Shown here in pieces: positions 27,188 through 37,291 of a DNA stretch of 43,302 nucleotides. The first letter of the stretch is position 1, and every line of letters begins with the position of its first letter. The notes under the pieces are model-generated. The model saw only the letters and a list, made by a program, of their open reading frames with translations, was not told the DNA's origin and searched no databases. Both the position numbers and the translations under genes were made by a program. The DNA is from an uncultured Clostridia bacterium (GTDB taxonomy: Bacteria; Bacillota; Clostridia; Christensenellales; UBA1242), in NCBI GenBank assembly GCA_944372745.1, contig CALWAB010000057.1:1-43302 (forward strand), read 5' to 3'.

Positions 27188-27817
27188 TTAATTATTTTTA
27201 GCAATTTTTTGCATTTCAGCTTGGGATAATCTCAAATATAATGGCTTAATATTTTGAGAAAATTCTGCATTTGAAATGTTGTCTTTTACTATATTAATCA
27301 TACTCACATTAGGTAAGTAAATCAATTTACAATTTAAATCTTGATAATAAGATAAATCGTCATTAGTACAAATAATAGAATCCCTTTTTATTAGATTGTT
27401 AAGTTCAAATTGATGTATTACTCTTTGATTAACTACTCCATTAGGCGTATTTTCGCCTATAAAATATTCATCAGCTACACCTTTTATTATCGCATAATCG
27501 CATTTATTAAAAGTATTGTATGCCAATAAATTCAAAGTGTCAATTGGAATAATTTTTTTATTTAATGCTTGTGCTATACCCTTAGCGACCGCCATACCAA
27601 TTCTTATACCTGTAAAACTTCCTGTCCCTACACATACCGCTATGTAATCAAGTTCTTGAATGCATAAGTTAGCATCAAAACATACTTTTTCAATTTGTTT
27701 CATTAGAGTTTTTGAATGTTGCTGATTAGATTTATCAACATTTTCATATACTGTATCGTCTACAATCAAAGCAACATAACTTTCTTTAAAACAAGTATTG
27801 ATACATAAAATTTTCAT
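27188..27817 (-). CDS. tsaB: tRNA t6A37 biosynthesis protein TsaB (YeaZ)
   Basis: Contains GTGSFTGIRIGMAVAKGIA and overlaps tsaE by 4 nt. Confidence 0.88.
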   Translation of the reverse strand: MKILCINTCFKESYVALIVDDTVYENVDKSNQQHSKTLMKQIEKVCFDANLCIQELDYIAVCVGTGSFTGIRIGMAVAKGIAQALNKKIIPIDTLNLLAYNTFNKCDYAIIKGVADEYFIGENTPNGVVNQRVIHQFELNNLIKRDSIICTNDDLSYYQDLNCKLIYLPNVSMINIVKDNISNAEFSQNIKPLYLRLSQAEMQKIAKNN

Positions 27818-28239
27818 AGTTGCTCCACCTTTATATTTCTTGTATTGTCATCACTTTTATCAATTTCTATTCTAATTCGCTTTTTAGGAAGTAAGTCTTG
27901 AGCTATTTGTGGCCATTCTATCAATGATATAGCATTTGCATCATAAAAAATATCTTCAAACCCTAGCAAATATAATTCCTCAATACTTTCCAAACGATAT
28001 AAATCAAAATGATATAAAATATGTCCTTCGTTATTTATATATTTATTGAGCAAAGCAAATGTAGGACTGGTAATTGGGGCATCAATACCTAATCCCTTAG
28101 CAAAACCCTTAGCAAAAACTGTTTTACCTACCCCCATTTCACCGACTAACTCTATATTAGTACCCCATTTTGTATTTTTCGCTAAATTATACGCTATTTC
28201 AAAAGTTTGTTGAGCATTATTAGATATATAACATTCCAT
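27814..28239 (-). CDS. tsaE: tRNA t6A37 biosynthesis ATPase TsaE (YjeE)
   Basis: Contains GEMGVGKTVFAKGFAKGLG, SPTFAL, HFDLYRL and IEWP. Confidence 0.9.
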   Translation of the reverse strand: MECYISNNAQQTFEIAYNLAKNTKWGTNIELVGEMGVGKTVFAKGFAKGLGIDAPITSPTFALLNKYINNEGHILYHFDLYRLESIEELYLLGFEDIFYDANAISLIEWPQIAQDLLPKKRIRIEIDKSDDNTRNIKVEQL

Positions 28240-28245
28240 ATTAAA

Positions 28246-28275
28246 ATAATATCAAATTTATTCCGCATTTGTCAA
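28246..28275 (-). promoter_or_regulatory. tsaE promoter, with the -10 only 6 nt from the ATG
   Basis: The minus strand has TTGACA (28270-28275), an 18-nt spacer, TATTAT (28246-28251), then TTTAAT and the ATG at 28239. No SD is visible. Confidence 0.45.
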
Positions 28276-28320
28276 TTATAAATTTATATAATTTGTCAAT
28301 AATATATTATAAGGTGAAAT

Positions 28321-29103
28321 ATGGAAAACAAGATAGCATTTTTTATAGACGAAATATTTAAAACAGTAATTATATTTTTCATTTCATTAGTGTTTTATAG
28401 AGCAATTATGTTATCGTTTACATTATGTTTAATTTTATCATCTATAACATCCTTACTTTTAGGGATTTTATTTTACTTTTTAAAAACGAAAAAGGATGCT
28501 AAGAAACAACTTAAAGCATCTCAACTTAAACAAATTGAACAGATAAAAGAACAATTCTCATATGCAAGTCATAATGAATTAAATAAGTTTTTTAAAGAAC
28601 TTTTTAAGGCTGAACAAAACTATAAAAAAGAATTGGTAATAGATGATAAAAAAACTATAATTCTTCCTTTATTTGAAAAGGATCTTTTAGACATAAATGA
28701 CTTAAAAAAAATATACAGAGAAAATAAAAATAGACACATCCAAAAAGTACTAATCATTTGCAATAACTATACAGATGATTGTATAGCATTAATAAAGAAC
28801 TTCAAAATCATTGAATATAAATTAATTAATATCAATGATTTATATGTCGAATATTTACTTCCGCAAAAAAATTTTCCAAACTTTAATGTGGAAAGACTTC
28901 CAAAAGAAAAATTTTCTTTCCAAAAATTTAAGAAATATGCTTTTAACCGCCCTAAAGCAAAAACCTACTTTTTTTGTGGATTGATTCTTTTATTCTCAAG
29001 TTATTTTGTTCCTCTAAGAATATATTATTTAATATTCGCGAGCATAATGTTTATTTCAGCTTTGCTTTGCTTTGTGTTAAACACAAAAAAAGTTAATGCT
29101 TAA
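28321..29103 (+). CDS. Hypothetical membrane protein (two N-terminal and two C-terminal TM helices flanking a Lys-rich soluble domain)
   Basis: A long ORF with an AAGGTG SD. I recognise no family. Confidence 0.6.
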   Translation: MENKIAFFIDEIFKTVIIFFISLVFYRAIMLSFTLCLILSSITSLLLGILFYFLKTKKDAKKQLKASQLKQIEQIKEQFSYASHNELNKFFKELFKAEQNYKKELVIDDKKTIILPLFEKDLLDINDLKKIYRENKNRHIQKVLIICNNYTDDCIALIKNFKIIEYKLININDLYVEYLLPQKNFPNFNVERLPKEKFSFQKFKKYAFNRPKAKTYFFCGLILLFSSYFVPLRIYYLIFASIMFISALLCFVLNTKKVNA

Positions 29104-29119
29104 AAGCATTAACTTTTTT
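29091..29119. terminator. Bidirectional terminator (membrane protein gene / spoVG)
   Basis: AGTTAATGCT-TAAA-AGCATTAACT is flanked by A6 and T5. Confidence 0.75.
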
Positions 29120-29155
29120 AATAACGCCTATTTGCTAGGCAAAATTGTGAAAACC

Positions 29156-29443
29156 TTAATTTTCTTCAACATTGTTACTAGACTCTGCAAGAGCTTTATC
29201 GTAAGCAGCAAATATTGCACTTGTAATTTTTTCTCTTGTCTCATTATTCAAGGCATGCGCTATATCAACTCTTTCGCCTGTACTTAATCTCTTGCTTGGC
29301 ATGCAAATGAATAATCCTCCTTTACCATCCATTACTTTAGCATCATGAACAACAAAGGCGTCGTCAATTGTGAATGTCGCTTTCGCCCTCAAAGGCTGAT
29401 TAGGTCTGTCAACAATTTTCACTCTGAATTCTGTAATATTCAT
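29156..29443 (-). CDS. spoVG: Septation/regulatory protein SpoVG
   Basis: Reads MNITEFRVKIV...LRAKATFTIDDAFVVHDAKVMDGKGGLFICMPSKR. I chose the ATG at 29443, ~6 nt after AAGGATGG. The track adds 3 aa. Confidence 0.93.
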   Translation of the reverse strand: MNITEFRVKIVDRPNQPLRAKATFTIDDAFVVHDAKVMDGKGGLFICMPSKRLSTGERVDIAHALNNETREKITSAIFAAYDKALAESSNNVEEN

Positions 29444-29657
29444 TTCAACCATCCTTATTTTAGTATGAGAGTCTTACATATAATACTATAAAATGTCGAA
29501 AAATACAAATATTTTGACGATATTTTTTAAAAAAAAACTATTAATTTTATCAAGTTTTTTTTATTTGTAATTAATCTCACACTATATTATTTCTATATTT
29601 TTCCATTTTATGCTGAAAAATAATTACAAAATTTTAAATTGCACATATATTATTTTT

Positions 29658-30980
29658 ATGAATAGTAAAATTATACACTTCATAGGCATTGGCGGTATAA
29701 GTATGAGTGCATTAGCAATTTATTTGCATAAAAAGGGGTACATAGTACAAGGTAGCGATTTACAAGCCAATGATGAAACTAAAAAATTAAATCATTTAGG
29801 AATATCAACATTTATTGGACACAACAAAAACAATATAAAAAACGCAAACTTTTGTGTCTATAATGGCGCTATAAACGAAGATAATCCAGAATTAATTTAC
29901 GCTAGAAAAGCTGGAATGAAAATATTAGAAAGAAGTCAACTTTTAGGTCTCGTTGCAAAAGATTTTAAATATACTATAGCTATTTCAGGCACACACGGCA
30001 AAACTACAACAACCGCTATGTTAGCTCAAATTTTTGTTAGTGCGAATTTGAATCCTACTGTGCACATAGGTGGAGATTTCTCTTTCATAGGCGGGAATTT
30101 TCTTTATGGAGATAATAAATATTTTATTACTGAAGCCTGTGAATACAAAAAAAGTTTCTTAAATATTAGCCCACAATATGCAATTATTACAAATGTTGAA
30201 TTAGACCATACCGATTGTTACACAAATTTAGAAGAAGTTTATAAAACATTTTATGATTTTACAAATCAAGTAGAAAAAAATATCTTTATTAATTATGAAA
30301 GCCCTTTTGTGAAATACCTAAATTTAAATAAAAATACTATTACTTTTGGATTTAATAAGAATTCAACATACAGGGCATATAATCTAAGACAAGTAGACAA
30401 TAAATATATTTTTGACATTACGGCAAAAAATAACTATATCGGTACTATAAAATTACAAATCCCCGGCAAGTATAATGTCAGTAATGCTTTAGGAAGCATA
30501 GCCCTCGCCCATTATTGTGGCATACAGTTTGACATTATCAAAAAAGCACTTGAAAATTTTACTAATGTTGAAAGAAGGTTTGAGTTTATAAAGCAGATAA
30601 ATAACGCTGATATTTTTAGGGATTATGCACATCATCCAACTGAAATAAAAAATGTATTACAAAACGCAAAAATGTTAAACTATGATAAAATCATTTGTTT
30701 CTTTCAGCCACATACTTATTCTAGAACACTAGGACTATTTAATGATTTTTTAAATTGTTTTGACAACTGTGATAAACTATACTTATTACCCACTTATTCT
30801 GCTCGTGAAAACGCCATTAAAGGTGGTAAAAGTGAAGATTTATATGAAGCACTTAAAAAAATCAAAAAAAATACATATTTTATTAATAAAGAAGATTGTT
30901 TAAAAACTATTGATGCCAATTCTCTAGAACATAATTTAATTTTATTAATTGGAGCCGGCGATATAGGAACAATCTTTTAA
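29658..30980 (+). CDS. murC: UDP-N-acetylmuramate--L-alanine ligase
   Basis: Contains HFIGIGGISMSALA and ISGTHGKTTTTAML. The start is uncertain: 29658 (MNSKIIHF) or 29610. Neither has a good SD. Confidence 0.92.
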   Translation: MNSKIIHFIGIGGISMSALAIYLHKKGYIVQGSDLQANDETKKLNHLGISTFIGHNKNNIKNANFCVYNGAINEDNPELIYARKAGMKILERSQLLGLVAKDFKYTIAISGTHGKTTTTAMLAQIFVSANLNPTVHIGGDFSFIGGNFLYGDNKYFITEACEYKKSFLNISPQYAIITNVELDHTDCYTNLEEVYKTFYDFTNQVEKNIFINYESPFVKYLNLNKNTITFGFNKNSTYRAYNLRQVDNKYIFDITAKNNYIGTIKLQIPGKYNVSNALGSIALAHYCGIQFDIIKKALENFTNVERRFEFIKQINNADIFRDYAHHPTEIKNVLQNAKMLNYDKIICFFQPHTYSRTLGLFNDFLNCFDNCDKLYLLPTYSARENAIKGGKSEDLYEALKKIKKNTYFINKEDCLKTIDANSLEHNLILLIGAGDIGTIF

Positions 30981-31002
30981 TAAAAAAAAGAATTATTATA
31001 AA

Positions 31003-31032
31003 AGCTCTTGCACATTTGAATGTGCAAGAGCT
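31003..31032. terminator. Bidirectional terminator between murC and lysS
   Basis: AGCTCTTGCACAT-TTGA-ATGTGCAAGAGCT, a 13-bp perfect stem. Confidence 0.75.
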
Positions 31033-31074
31033 ACTTTATTATTAAAGAATACCACGAAATTTAACCATATGCTT

Positions 31075-32544
31075 TTATTTCATTTGTGGGAAGAATACGA
31101 TATCCCTTAATGTAGGTTGGTTTGCTAAAATTGCTACAAATCTATCAATTCCAAATCCTAATCCACTCATAGGAGGCATACCATGTTCCATTGCTAAAAT
31201 AAAACTTTCATCAATTTCAAAACTTTCTTCATCCCCCGCTTTTTTGTTTTTAGCCTGTTCTTCAAATGCTTGTCTTTGTATTATCGGATTTACAAGCTCT
31301 GAATAAGCTTTTACAATTTCAGCCCCATTTACTGCAATTTGGAACATATCTATAATTCGGTCATCTTTGTCATTATGTCTTGCCAACGGAATCAAAAATG
31401 TTGGATAATTTGTAATTACTGTTGGCTGAATTAATGTAGGTCTGATAGTTCTTTTGAATGCAAAATCTACAGCAGTAGGAATAGAAGTTAAAGCTTTAAC
31501 TTCACCTGCATCAAACCTATTTAAAGACAATAAATGATTTTTAAATTCTTCAATGCTCTTTATTGATAAAATGTCATAGTTAATTTCAGCATTCAAGCTA
31601 TTTGTATAATCAAGCTCATAAAATTTAGAGAAATCTATTTCATTATCTAAATATGTTATTTTTAGGTCACCTTTGGTTTCCATAACCAATCCTTGAATCA
31701 TCTTCTTTACAAATTCAAGATTGTCTTTATAGTCCCAATACGATGCATACCATTCAAGCATAGTGAATTCTTGAAGGTGCATAGCATCCATACCTTCATT
31801 CCTAAAATTTTTGCCTAATTCATAAACTCTATCAAACCCACATTCAATTACTTGCTTGAGAAATAATTCAGGCGCTATTCTTAAATAATAATCTTTGTCC
31901 AAAGCATTATGATGAGTCATAAATGGTGCAGCAGCAGCCCCACTCGCTACATTTTGCAAAATTGGGGTTTCTACTTCCGTAAACTTATTGTCGTCTAAAT
32001 ATTTTCTAATATATCTAATAGCCTTAATTCGTGTCTTAAGTGCATTTCTAGATTCTTCATTAGCGATTACATCTAAGTATCTTTGTCTAAATTTTTTATC
32101 AGCATCAGTAAGCCCGTGCCATTTTTCAGGGAGTGGTCTTAACGCCTTACTTAAAATCACATAATCTCTTACGCGTACAGTCAATTCGCCTTTATGGGTG
32201 TTGTACAACTCGCCTTCTACACCTACATAATCCCCTACATCTACATTTGATTTAAAGAAATCAAATGTTTCAGGACATTCATTTAATGAGATACTAAATT
32301 GAATTTGTGCATCTACATCATACAATTTAGCAAAGATTAATTTACCAAAACCACGAATAGCGGTAATTCTACCACACAATTTTACTTTTGTATCTAGTGG
32401 TAGACTTCTTGCTTCTAAAATAGTATGAGAGCGTTCATATTTATCCTTATAAACTACACCATCTCTTTCTTGAATTTTTTTCAATTTTTCTAATCTAATT
32501 TCATACTCATTGCTGGCATCAATACTTGTCATATCAACATCCAT
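31075..32544 (-). CDS. lysS: Lysine--tRNA ligase (class II)
   Basis: An OB anticodon-binding domain is followed by class II motifs (FRNEG, GLGFGIDR). A GGAAGGG SD lies 7 nt upstream of the start. Confidence 0.95.
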   Translation of the reverse strand: MDVDMTSIDASNEYEIRLEKLKKIQERDGVVYKDKYERSHTILEARSLPLDTKVKLCGRITAIRGFGKLIFAKLYDVDAQIQFSISLNECPETFDFFKSNVDVGDYVGVEGELYNTHKGELTVRVRDYVILSKALRPLPEKWHGLTDADKKFRQRYLDVIANEESRNALKTRIKAIRYIRKYLDDNKFTEVETPILQNVASGAAAAPFMTHHNALDKDYYLRIAPELFLKQVIECGFDRVYELGKNFRNEGMDAMHLQEFTMLEWYASYWDYKDNLEFVKKMIQGLVMETKGDLKITYLDNEIDFSKFYELDYTNSLNAEINYDILSIKSIEEFKNHLLSLNRFDAGEVKALTSIPTAVDFAFKRTIRPTLIQPTVITNYPTFLIPLARHNDKDDRIIDMFQIAVNGAEIVKAYSELVNPIIQRQAFEEQAKNKKAGDEESFEIDESFILAMEHGMPPMSGLGFGIDRFVAILANQPTLRDIVFFPQMK

Positions 32545-32578
32545 AATTTATCCCTTCCTTTTATTTACAAACTAAAAT

Positions 32579-32607
32579 ATTATACTTTAAAATTTTATAA
32601 TTGGCAA
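32579..32607 (-). promoter_or_regulatory. lysS promoter
   Basis: The minus strand has TTGCCA (32602-32607), a 17-nt spacer and TATAAT (32579-32584). Confidence 0.55.
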
Positions 32608-32620
32608 GCATTTTTGTTAA

Positions 32621-33871
32621 TTATTTTGTTATCAAACTTTCTTTGCTAAATGTTTTCATTGTAACAAATACTGATAAAACTGCATAAACAATGTTTATTG
32701 CTAAAGCTCCCCATAAGTATGCATAATTCATAACACCTGCTAAAAGCAATTTGATGCTAATTATGACATTATAAATAGGTAAACACATTGTCCACATAGA
32801 CACATCAGCTACATCAACATACATTGTAGCAAAAGCTATTATCATTGGCAAAAACATTACAATAGTTGATTTACTTTGTGCTTCCTTCAAAGTACTACTT
32901 GTACTTGTCAAAATCAATAACAGCCCACTAAAGAGTGCTGCTAGCATTAATAAATTGAATACAACCAATATCACACCATCAACTGGTAAATATATGGAAG
33001 AGAAAGCACTGGTTGCAAAAACATCTTTTGTCAAAAGCATAGACAAGACAATAGATAAGACCTCAGCTATCGCACTCAAAAAACTAAAAATTATAATAAC
33101 GGTATACTTAGCAGACAAAATGCTAAAACGACTAGCACCTGTAGACAACAATGGTTCAAAAGTATTTCTTTCTTTTTCTCCTGCTACTAAATCTGTTGCT
33201 ATTGATGCCCCGCCAATTGATATTAGCATTGTCAAGAGCATTGGAATAATAAGATGCAAAATAGCACTATCAGTTCCATATCTATTAATGTCGTCATAAG
33301 CCTGTGATAAAGATAAAGAATTTCCAGTTATAGGTTCCATAGATAAATCGGGGTCTATCTCATTAACCCTATCCGCAAGTAATTTTTCACTATAGGTATT
33401 GATTAAATCTACTATCACTCCTGCTGCCGTACTTCCACTTGTAGATCTATCATCATAAATAACTTGTATATCAACGCTTTTTGTTGTATCTTGAATATCA
33501 TTTAAAAAAGTATTTGTTACTATTATAGCTAAATAAATATCCCCATCTATAAGAGATTGTTTAAAATCTTCAACCTCGACATAAGATACTTGTAAAGAAG
33601 AGTTTAAAGAAAAAATATTATCATTAAAATATTGATATTCTTCACTATCTGTACTTAAACTAGCTATTGCATCCCCTTGAACAATCGTTAATCTAGGATT
33701 AACTGCCTTTTCAGTTAAACTGTCTCCACTTAGACCTATTATGAGAAAAAATAAAGGGAAAAGTATTAAAGGCAATACAAAAGTTGCCAATATACTTTTT
33801 TTGTCACGAAAAGCATCCTTTAATTCTTTTTTTAAGACAATATTATATTGATTTAACATTTTATTTTTCAT
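32621..33871 (-). CDS. ABC-2 family permease (NatB-like)
   Basis: An N-terminal TM helix and an extracytoplasmic domain are followed by five TM helices. I chose the ATG at 33871, just past the upstream stop. The track start is 33892. Confidence 0.75.
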   Translation of the reverse strand: MKNKMLNQYNIVLKKELKDAFRDKKSILATFVLPLILFPLFFLIIGLSGDSLTEKAVNPRLTIVQGDAIASLSTDSEEYQYFNDNIFSLNSSLQVSYVEVEDFKQSLIDGDIYLAIIVTNTFLNDIQDTTKSVDIQVIYDDRSTSGSTAAGVIVDLINTYSEKLLADRVNEIDPDLSMEPITGNSLSLSQAYDDINRYGTDSAILHLIIPMLLTMLISIGGASIATDLVAGEKERNTFEPLLSTGASRFSILSAKYTVIIIFSFLSAIAEVLSIVLSMLLTKDVFATSAFSSIYLPVDGVILVVFNLLMLAALFSGLLLILTSTSSTLKEAQSKSTIVMFLPMIIAFATMYVDVADVSMWTMCLPIYNVIISIKLLLAGVMNYAYLWGALAINIVYAVLSVFVTMKTFSKESLITK

Positions 33872-33872
33872 T

Positions 33873-34610
33873 TTAATTTTCCCTTTTAACAAGTTTTATA
33901 AATGCTTCTTTAATAGTCTTAGTATTAGTCAGTTCTAAAATTTGACTTAAAGTCCCAGTACATAGCGTTTGTCCACGATCAATTATGAGTGCTCTATCAC
34001 AAAGTTCCTCTACTTCTTGCATATTATGAGAAGATAAAAGAATTGTTTTCCCCATCTTTTTGCATTGCTTTATAAAATTTAAAACATCTTCGCTAGCCAA
34101 TATATCTAAACCTGATGTAGGTTCATCAAATAGCATAACTTGTGGATTATGAATGATTGCCCTTGCAAAAGAAGTTTTTTGCTTCATCCCCCTTGAAAAT
34201 GTTCCACATCTTCTATCTAAATAATCGGCTAATCCAAATACTTCAACAAGATAATCCATCTGCTTTTTTATTGCTTCGTCACTTAGGCCATTTAATTGTC
34301 CAAAATATTCAATATTTTCCCGTGCCGTAAGTCTATCATATAATCCCGTATCCCCGCCATATAAGACCCCTATACATTTTCGTACCATAGCGTCATCTTT
34401 TACTGAATCATATCCACAAACTTTTATATCGCCATAAGTAGGTTTTAGAGTTGTGGCTATCATACGCATTGTAGTAGTTTTTCCAGCACCATTAGTCCCT
34501 ATTAAACCAAAGATTTCACCTTCTTTTATATTGAAAGTTAAATCATCTACGGCTACAAAATTTTTATCATACTTTTTAAAAACTTTCGTTACATTATTGA
34601 GTGATAACAT
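33873..34610 (-). CDS. ABC transporter ATP-binding protein (NatA-like)
   Basis: Contains GTNGAGKTT, FSRGMKQK and MLFDEPTSGLD. The start is MLSLNNV at 34610, after a GGAGAAAACA SD. The track's 17-aa extension is spurious. Confidence 0.9.
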   Translation of the reverse strand: MLSLNNVTKVFKKYDKNFVAVDDLTFNIKEGEIFGLIGTNGAGKTTTMRMIATTLKPTYGDIKVCGYDSVKDDAMVRKCIGVLYGGDTGLYDRLTARENIEYFGQLNGLSDEAIKKQMDYLVEVFGLADYLDRRCGTFSRGMKQKTSFARAIIHNPQVMLFDEPTSGLDILASEDVLNFIKQCKKMGKTILLSSHNMQEVEELCDRALIIDRGQTLCTGTLSQILELTNTKTIKEAFIKLVKREN

Positions 34611-35388
34611 TGTTTTCTCCTTGCAAGTATTTTTGATAATGAAGTCTAATATGACCCTCACTAATATATTTATTTATTTTATTGGTATTTCTTTTATTTG
34701 TAATAAAGTCTGTTATTATTGGGTTTGAAAATAAAATACCTATTTTTAAAAGTCTTTTATTTAATTTATCCATTATTTTATCAAAGATATTACTATCTTT
34801 CATAATAAAATGCTCAATTTCAAATTCTTCCTTATGGAACTCGTATCGTACCTTTTTAGAAACATAATTATTTATTTTCTTCATTATATAATCGTTTCCG
34901 TGTCCGTATTTTGCAACAAATTTAGAAAATGTATTAATGTCAACTATTTCAAAGTCATAAATACCATTTATTTTAAATTTAAAATCATCTAATCTGTCAA
35001 AGAGAAGTATATTCCCTGTTTTAAAAGGTAAATTCTTATACTTTTGCAAATTTATAAATATTATGCTCGCTCTAAAATGCTTAGGATAATAAATTTTTTT
35101 TGTCACTCTACCTTTGCGTGGTTTATTCAAATTACAAACCTTATATACTTTAGGTAGTACACCACCTTCCAATTCAAATTCCCCTGTTGAAAATTTGTCA
35201 TAAGGCTTGCCTTTAACCACAATATAAGCCACTTGGTTTTCATCTACTATTAGCTTTGTTCCAAGTTTAATATTCATCAAACTTATTTTATTTTGTGTAC
35301 ATTTTCCTTCTTCAAATGGCGATAATATTTTCCTTGTAAACATATAAAATAGTTTACCATATAACATACCATTTTGCAAGCGAACCAA
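34594..35388 (-). CDS. Possible SPFH/Band-7-like (YdjI / 'virion core protein-like') protein
   Basis: KLGTKLIVDENQVAYIVVKGKPYDKFSTGEFELEGGVLP resembles the N-terminal signature of that family. The assignment is weak. The start is uncertain: TTG at 35388 or ATG at 35367 or 35343. Confidence 0.45.
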   Translation of the reverse strand: MVRLQNGMLYGKLFYMFTRKILSPFEEGKCTQNKISLMNIKLGTKLIVDENQVAYIVVKGKPYDKFSTGEFELEGGVLPKVYKVCNLNKPRKGRVTKKIYYPKHFRASIIFINLQKYKNLPFKTGNILLFDRLDDFKFKINGIYDFEIVDINTFSKFVAKYGHGNDYIMKKINNYVSKKVRYEFHKEEFEIEHFIMKDSNIFDKIMDKLNKRLLKIGILFSNPIITDFITNKRNTNKINKYISEGHIRLHYQKYLQGENNVITQ

Positions 35389-35455
35389 TATAATTTCTTA
35401 AATCATTCATAAATAGTTTTAACAACACATAAAATAAATAAAGCTGGAGGAACTT

Positions 35456-36223
35456 ATGAACAAACTCTCAAATATACTTGGTCGTCCTATCATTTCGCTA
35501 TACAATGGACAAATAGAAGGCACTATTATAAATGCTTCATTTGATAAAAAAATGCAAAAAATTAAATATCTACTTATTCTTAATGAGCCTATTGAAACTA
35601 CTACTGATGATGTGCTTAATGAAATCAAAGTATTGCCTACAAAAGAAGTATACAATATTGGACAAGATGCTATTGTCGTAAGAAACAATAGTTGTATAAG
35701 CAATTACAGCAGTTTAGAACCAAATATCCAATATATGAACCCTATCAATGCAGAGGTATACACTGTTTTAGGAACTAGATTAGGTAAAATTCTAGATATA
35801 AATTTTGACGATTCATTTAATGTAATATCATGCGCTATAGACAATGATACAAATATTTTAATAGAAAAATTAGCCGTTTTAGGAGATGGTCTTGTTTTAA
35901 TGCAAGACAAAGATAAAGTAGTCTCTATCAATCGTTTTAACATAAAAAAACCTAAAATAAAAGAAACTAACGAACCTATTAAAATATTAAGGAATGACAT
36001 CTCTTTGGATAAACACACAATAAATTTAGATAAAATGCCAACAGCGTTGCCTTTAAAGATAACAGGGTCGGCAGATTTGTTGCTTGGCAGAGTTGTCACA
36101 CAAACATTATACAATCATTCAAAAGAAATAATTGCTAAAAAAGGAAGTATAATAACAGCAAACACTATTAAAAGTGCAAAGCAAAATGGAAAAATAAAAG
36201 AATTATACATTTTTTCAGCATAA
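35456..36223 (+). CDS. PRC-barrel domain protein (two PRC-like repeats)
   Basis: LGRPIISLYNGQIEGTIINASFDKKMQKIKYLLI follows the YlmC/YmxH-like PRC pattern, and a second copy lies near residue 105. A GGAGG SD precedes the start. Confidence 0.6.
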   Translation: MNKLSNILGRPIISLYNGQIEGTIINASFDKKMQKIKYLLILNEPIETTTDDVLNEIKVLPTKEVYNIGQDAIVVRNNSCISNYSSLEPNIQYMNPINAEVYTVLGTRLGKILDINFDDSFNVISCAIDNDTNILIEKLAVLGDGLVLMQDKDKVVSINRFNIKKPKIKETNEPIKILRNDISLDKHTINLDKMPTALPLKITGSADLLLGRVVTQTLYNHSKEIIAKKGSIITANTIKSAKQNGKIKELYIFSA

Positions 36224-36250
36224 ATACACTTAATTGAGTGTATTTTTTTT
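36223..36250 (+). terminator. Terminator of the PRC-barrel gene, built on the same AATACAC/GTGTATT arms as the repeat module
   Basis: AATACAC-TTAATTGA-GTGTATT is followed by TTTTTT. An AATAC element follows 21 nt later, rather than the 10 nt seen in the module copies. Confidence 0.6.
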
Positions 36251-36352
36251 CATTTTGTCAAAAAAAATACTTTTTTTAAATTTTTATATCAAAATTAGTG
36301 ACAAAAATTAATTTTTATGCTAATATATATGTATATTATATAGGAGTATAGG

Positions 36353-37072
36353 ATGTATTGGATTGATATTGTATTTATCGTTCTTATAGTCTTATTTGCA
36401 CTATGGGGACTAAAACAAGGCTTTCTAGCATCATTAATATCATTAGTTGGTATAGCACTCTCAATTGTGCTTGCTGTTTGGTTAGCACCTCCATTCTCAA
36501 ATTTTATAGACAATTTGTTTAATGGGTCAATTTCAAGTATGTTTGCAGACCTAATGAATGGAGTTGTATCTGGCTTTGGTAACCTAGATTATACCCTAAC
36601 TACAGCCACAGAAGCTTCTACACTAATTGATTCTTTTGATGTTAATGGCGTACTAAAATCTTTAATGGATATTATGCTCGGCAGTGAAATACTTGCTGAA
36701 GGAACAAATGTTTTAGCTTGGTTCTCTATTAAACTAGGCGGATTGCTAACTACACTTTGCGGAGCTGTACTACTATTCTTATTGATTAGAATTGCTCTAG
36801 CACTTTTAGCTAAGCTATTTGATAAGATAACCGAAAATAGAGCAATCAATGGCTTAGATAGAGTGCTTGGATTCTTCTTTGGGGCAGTAAAAGGATTGCT
36901 ATTTGTTGCAGTAGTTATTGCAATACTTAATATATTATGTGTTGTTCCAGCTATTAACGATTTTGTCACAACTTGGCTTGACAAAACAAGCATACTAAAT
37001 GATTATGCTAATTGGATATTTGACCTTATTGACGGTTTTACGTCTAGATATAACATAACATTAGGTTTATAA
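36353..37072 (+). CDS. cvpA: CvpA-family membrane protein
   Basis: WIDIVFIVLIVLFALWGLKQGFLASLISLVGIALSIVLAVWLA is the typical CvpA N-terminus. A TAGGAG SD precedes the start. Confidence 0.8.
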   Translation: MYWIDIVFIVLIVLFALWGLKQGFLASLISLVGIALSIVLAVWLAPPFSNFIDNLFNGSISSMFADLMNGVVSGFGNLDYTLTTATEASTLIDSFDVNGVLKSLMDIMLGSEILAEGTNVLAWFSIKLGGLLTTLCGAVLLFLLIRIALALLAKLFDKITENRAINGLDRVLGFFFGAVKGLLFVAVVIAILNILCVVPAINDFVTTWLDKTSILNDYANWIFDLIDGFTSRYNITLGL

Positions 37073-37098
37073 AGGTATGATTATTCATACCTTTTTTA
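37071..37098 (+). terminator. cvpA terminator
   Basis: AAAGGTATGA-TTAT-TCATACCTTT followed by TTTT. Confidence 0.75.
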
Positions 37099-37166
37099 TT
37101 TGTAAACTTAATAAATGTATAATTTAGCTATTATTATTTTAATGCTCAAATAATTTAATTTTATGA

Positions 37167-37217
37167 TATACACAATATATGGTGTATTATCTCTTTAAAA
37201 TACGCTATATAATTTAC
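37167..37217 (+). repeat. Three-arm module, copy C
   Basis: Reads TATACAC-AATATATG-GTGTATT, then ATCTCTTTAA (10 nt), then AATACGCT. The 16-mer is at 37170-37185 and is identical to that of copy B. Confidence 0.8.
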
Positions 37218-37291
37218 TATAAAAATTTATTAGTGGTTTCAACATAACTCAGTTATGAATGAGAATTATAAATAAAACTTCAAAATATAAA

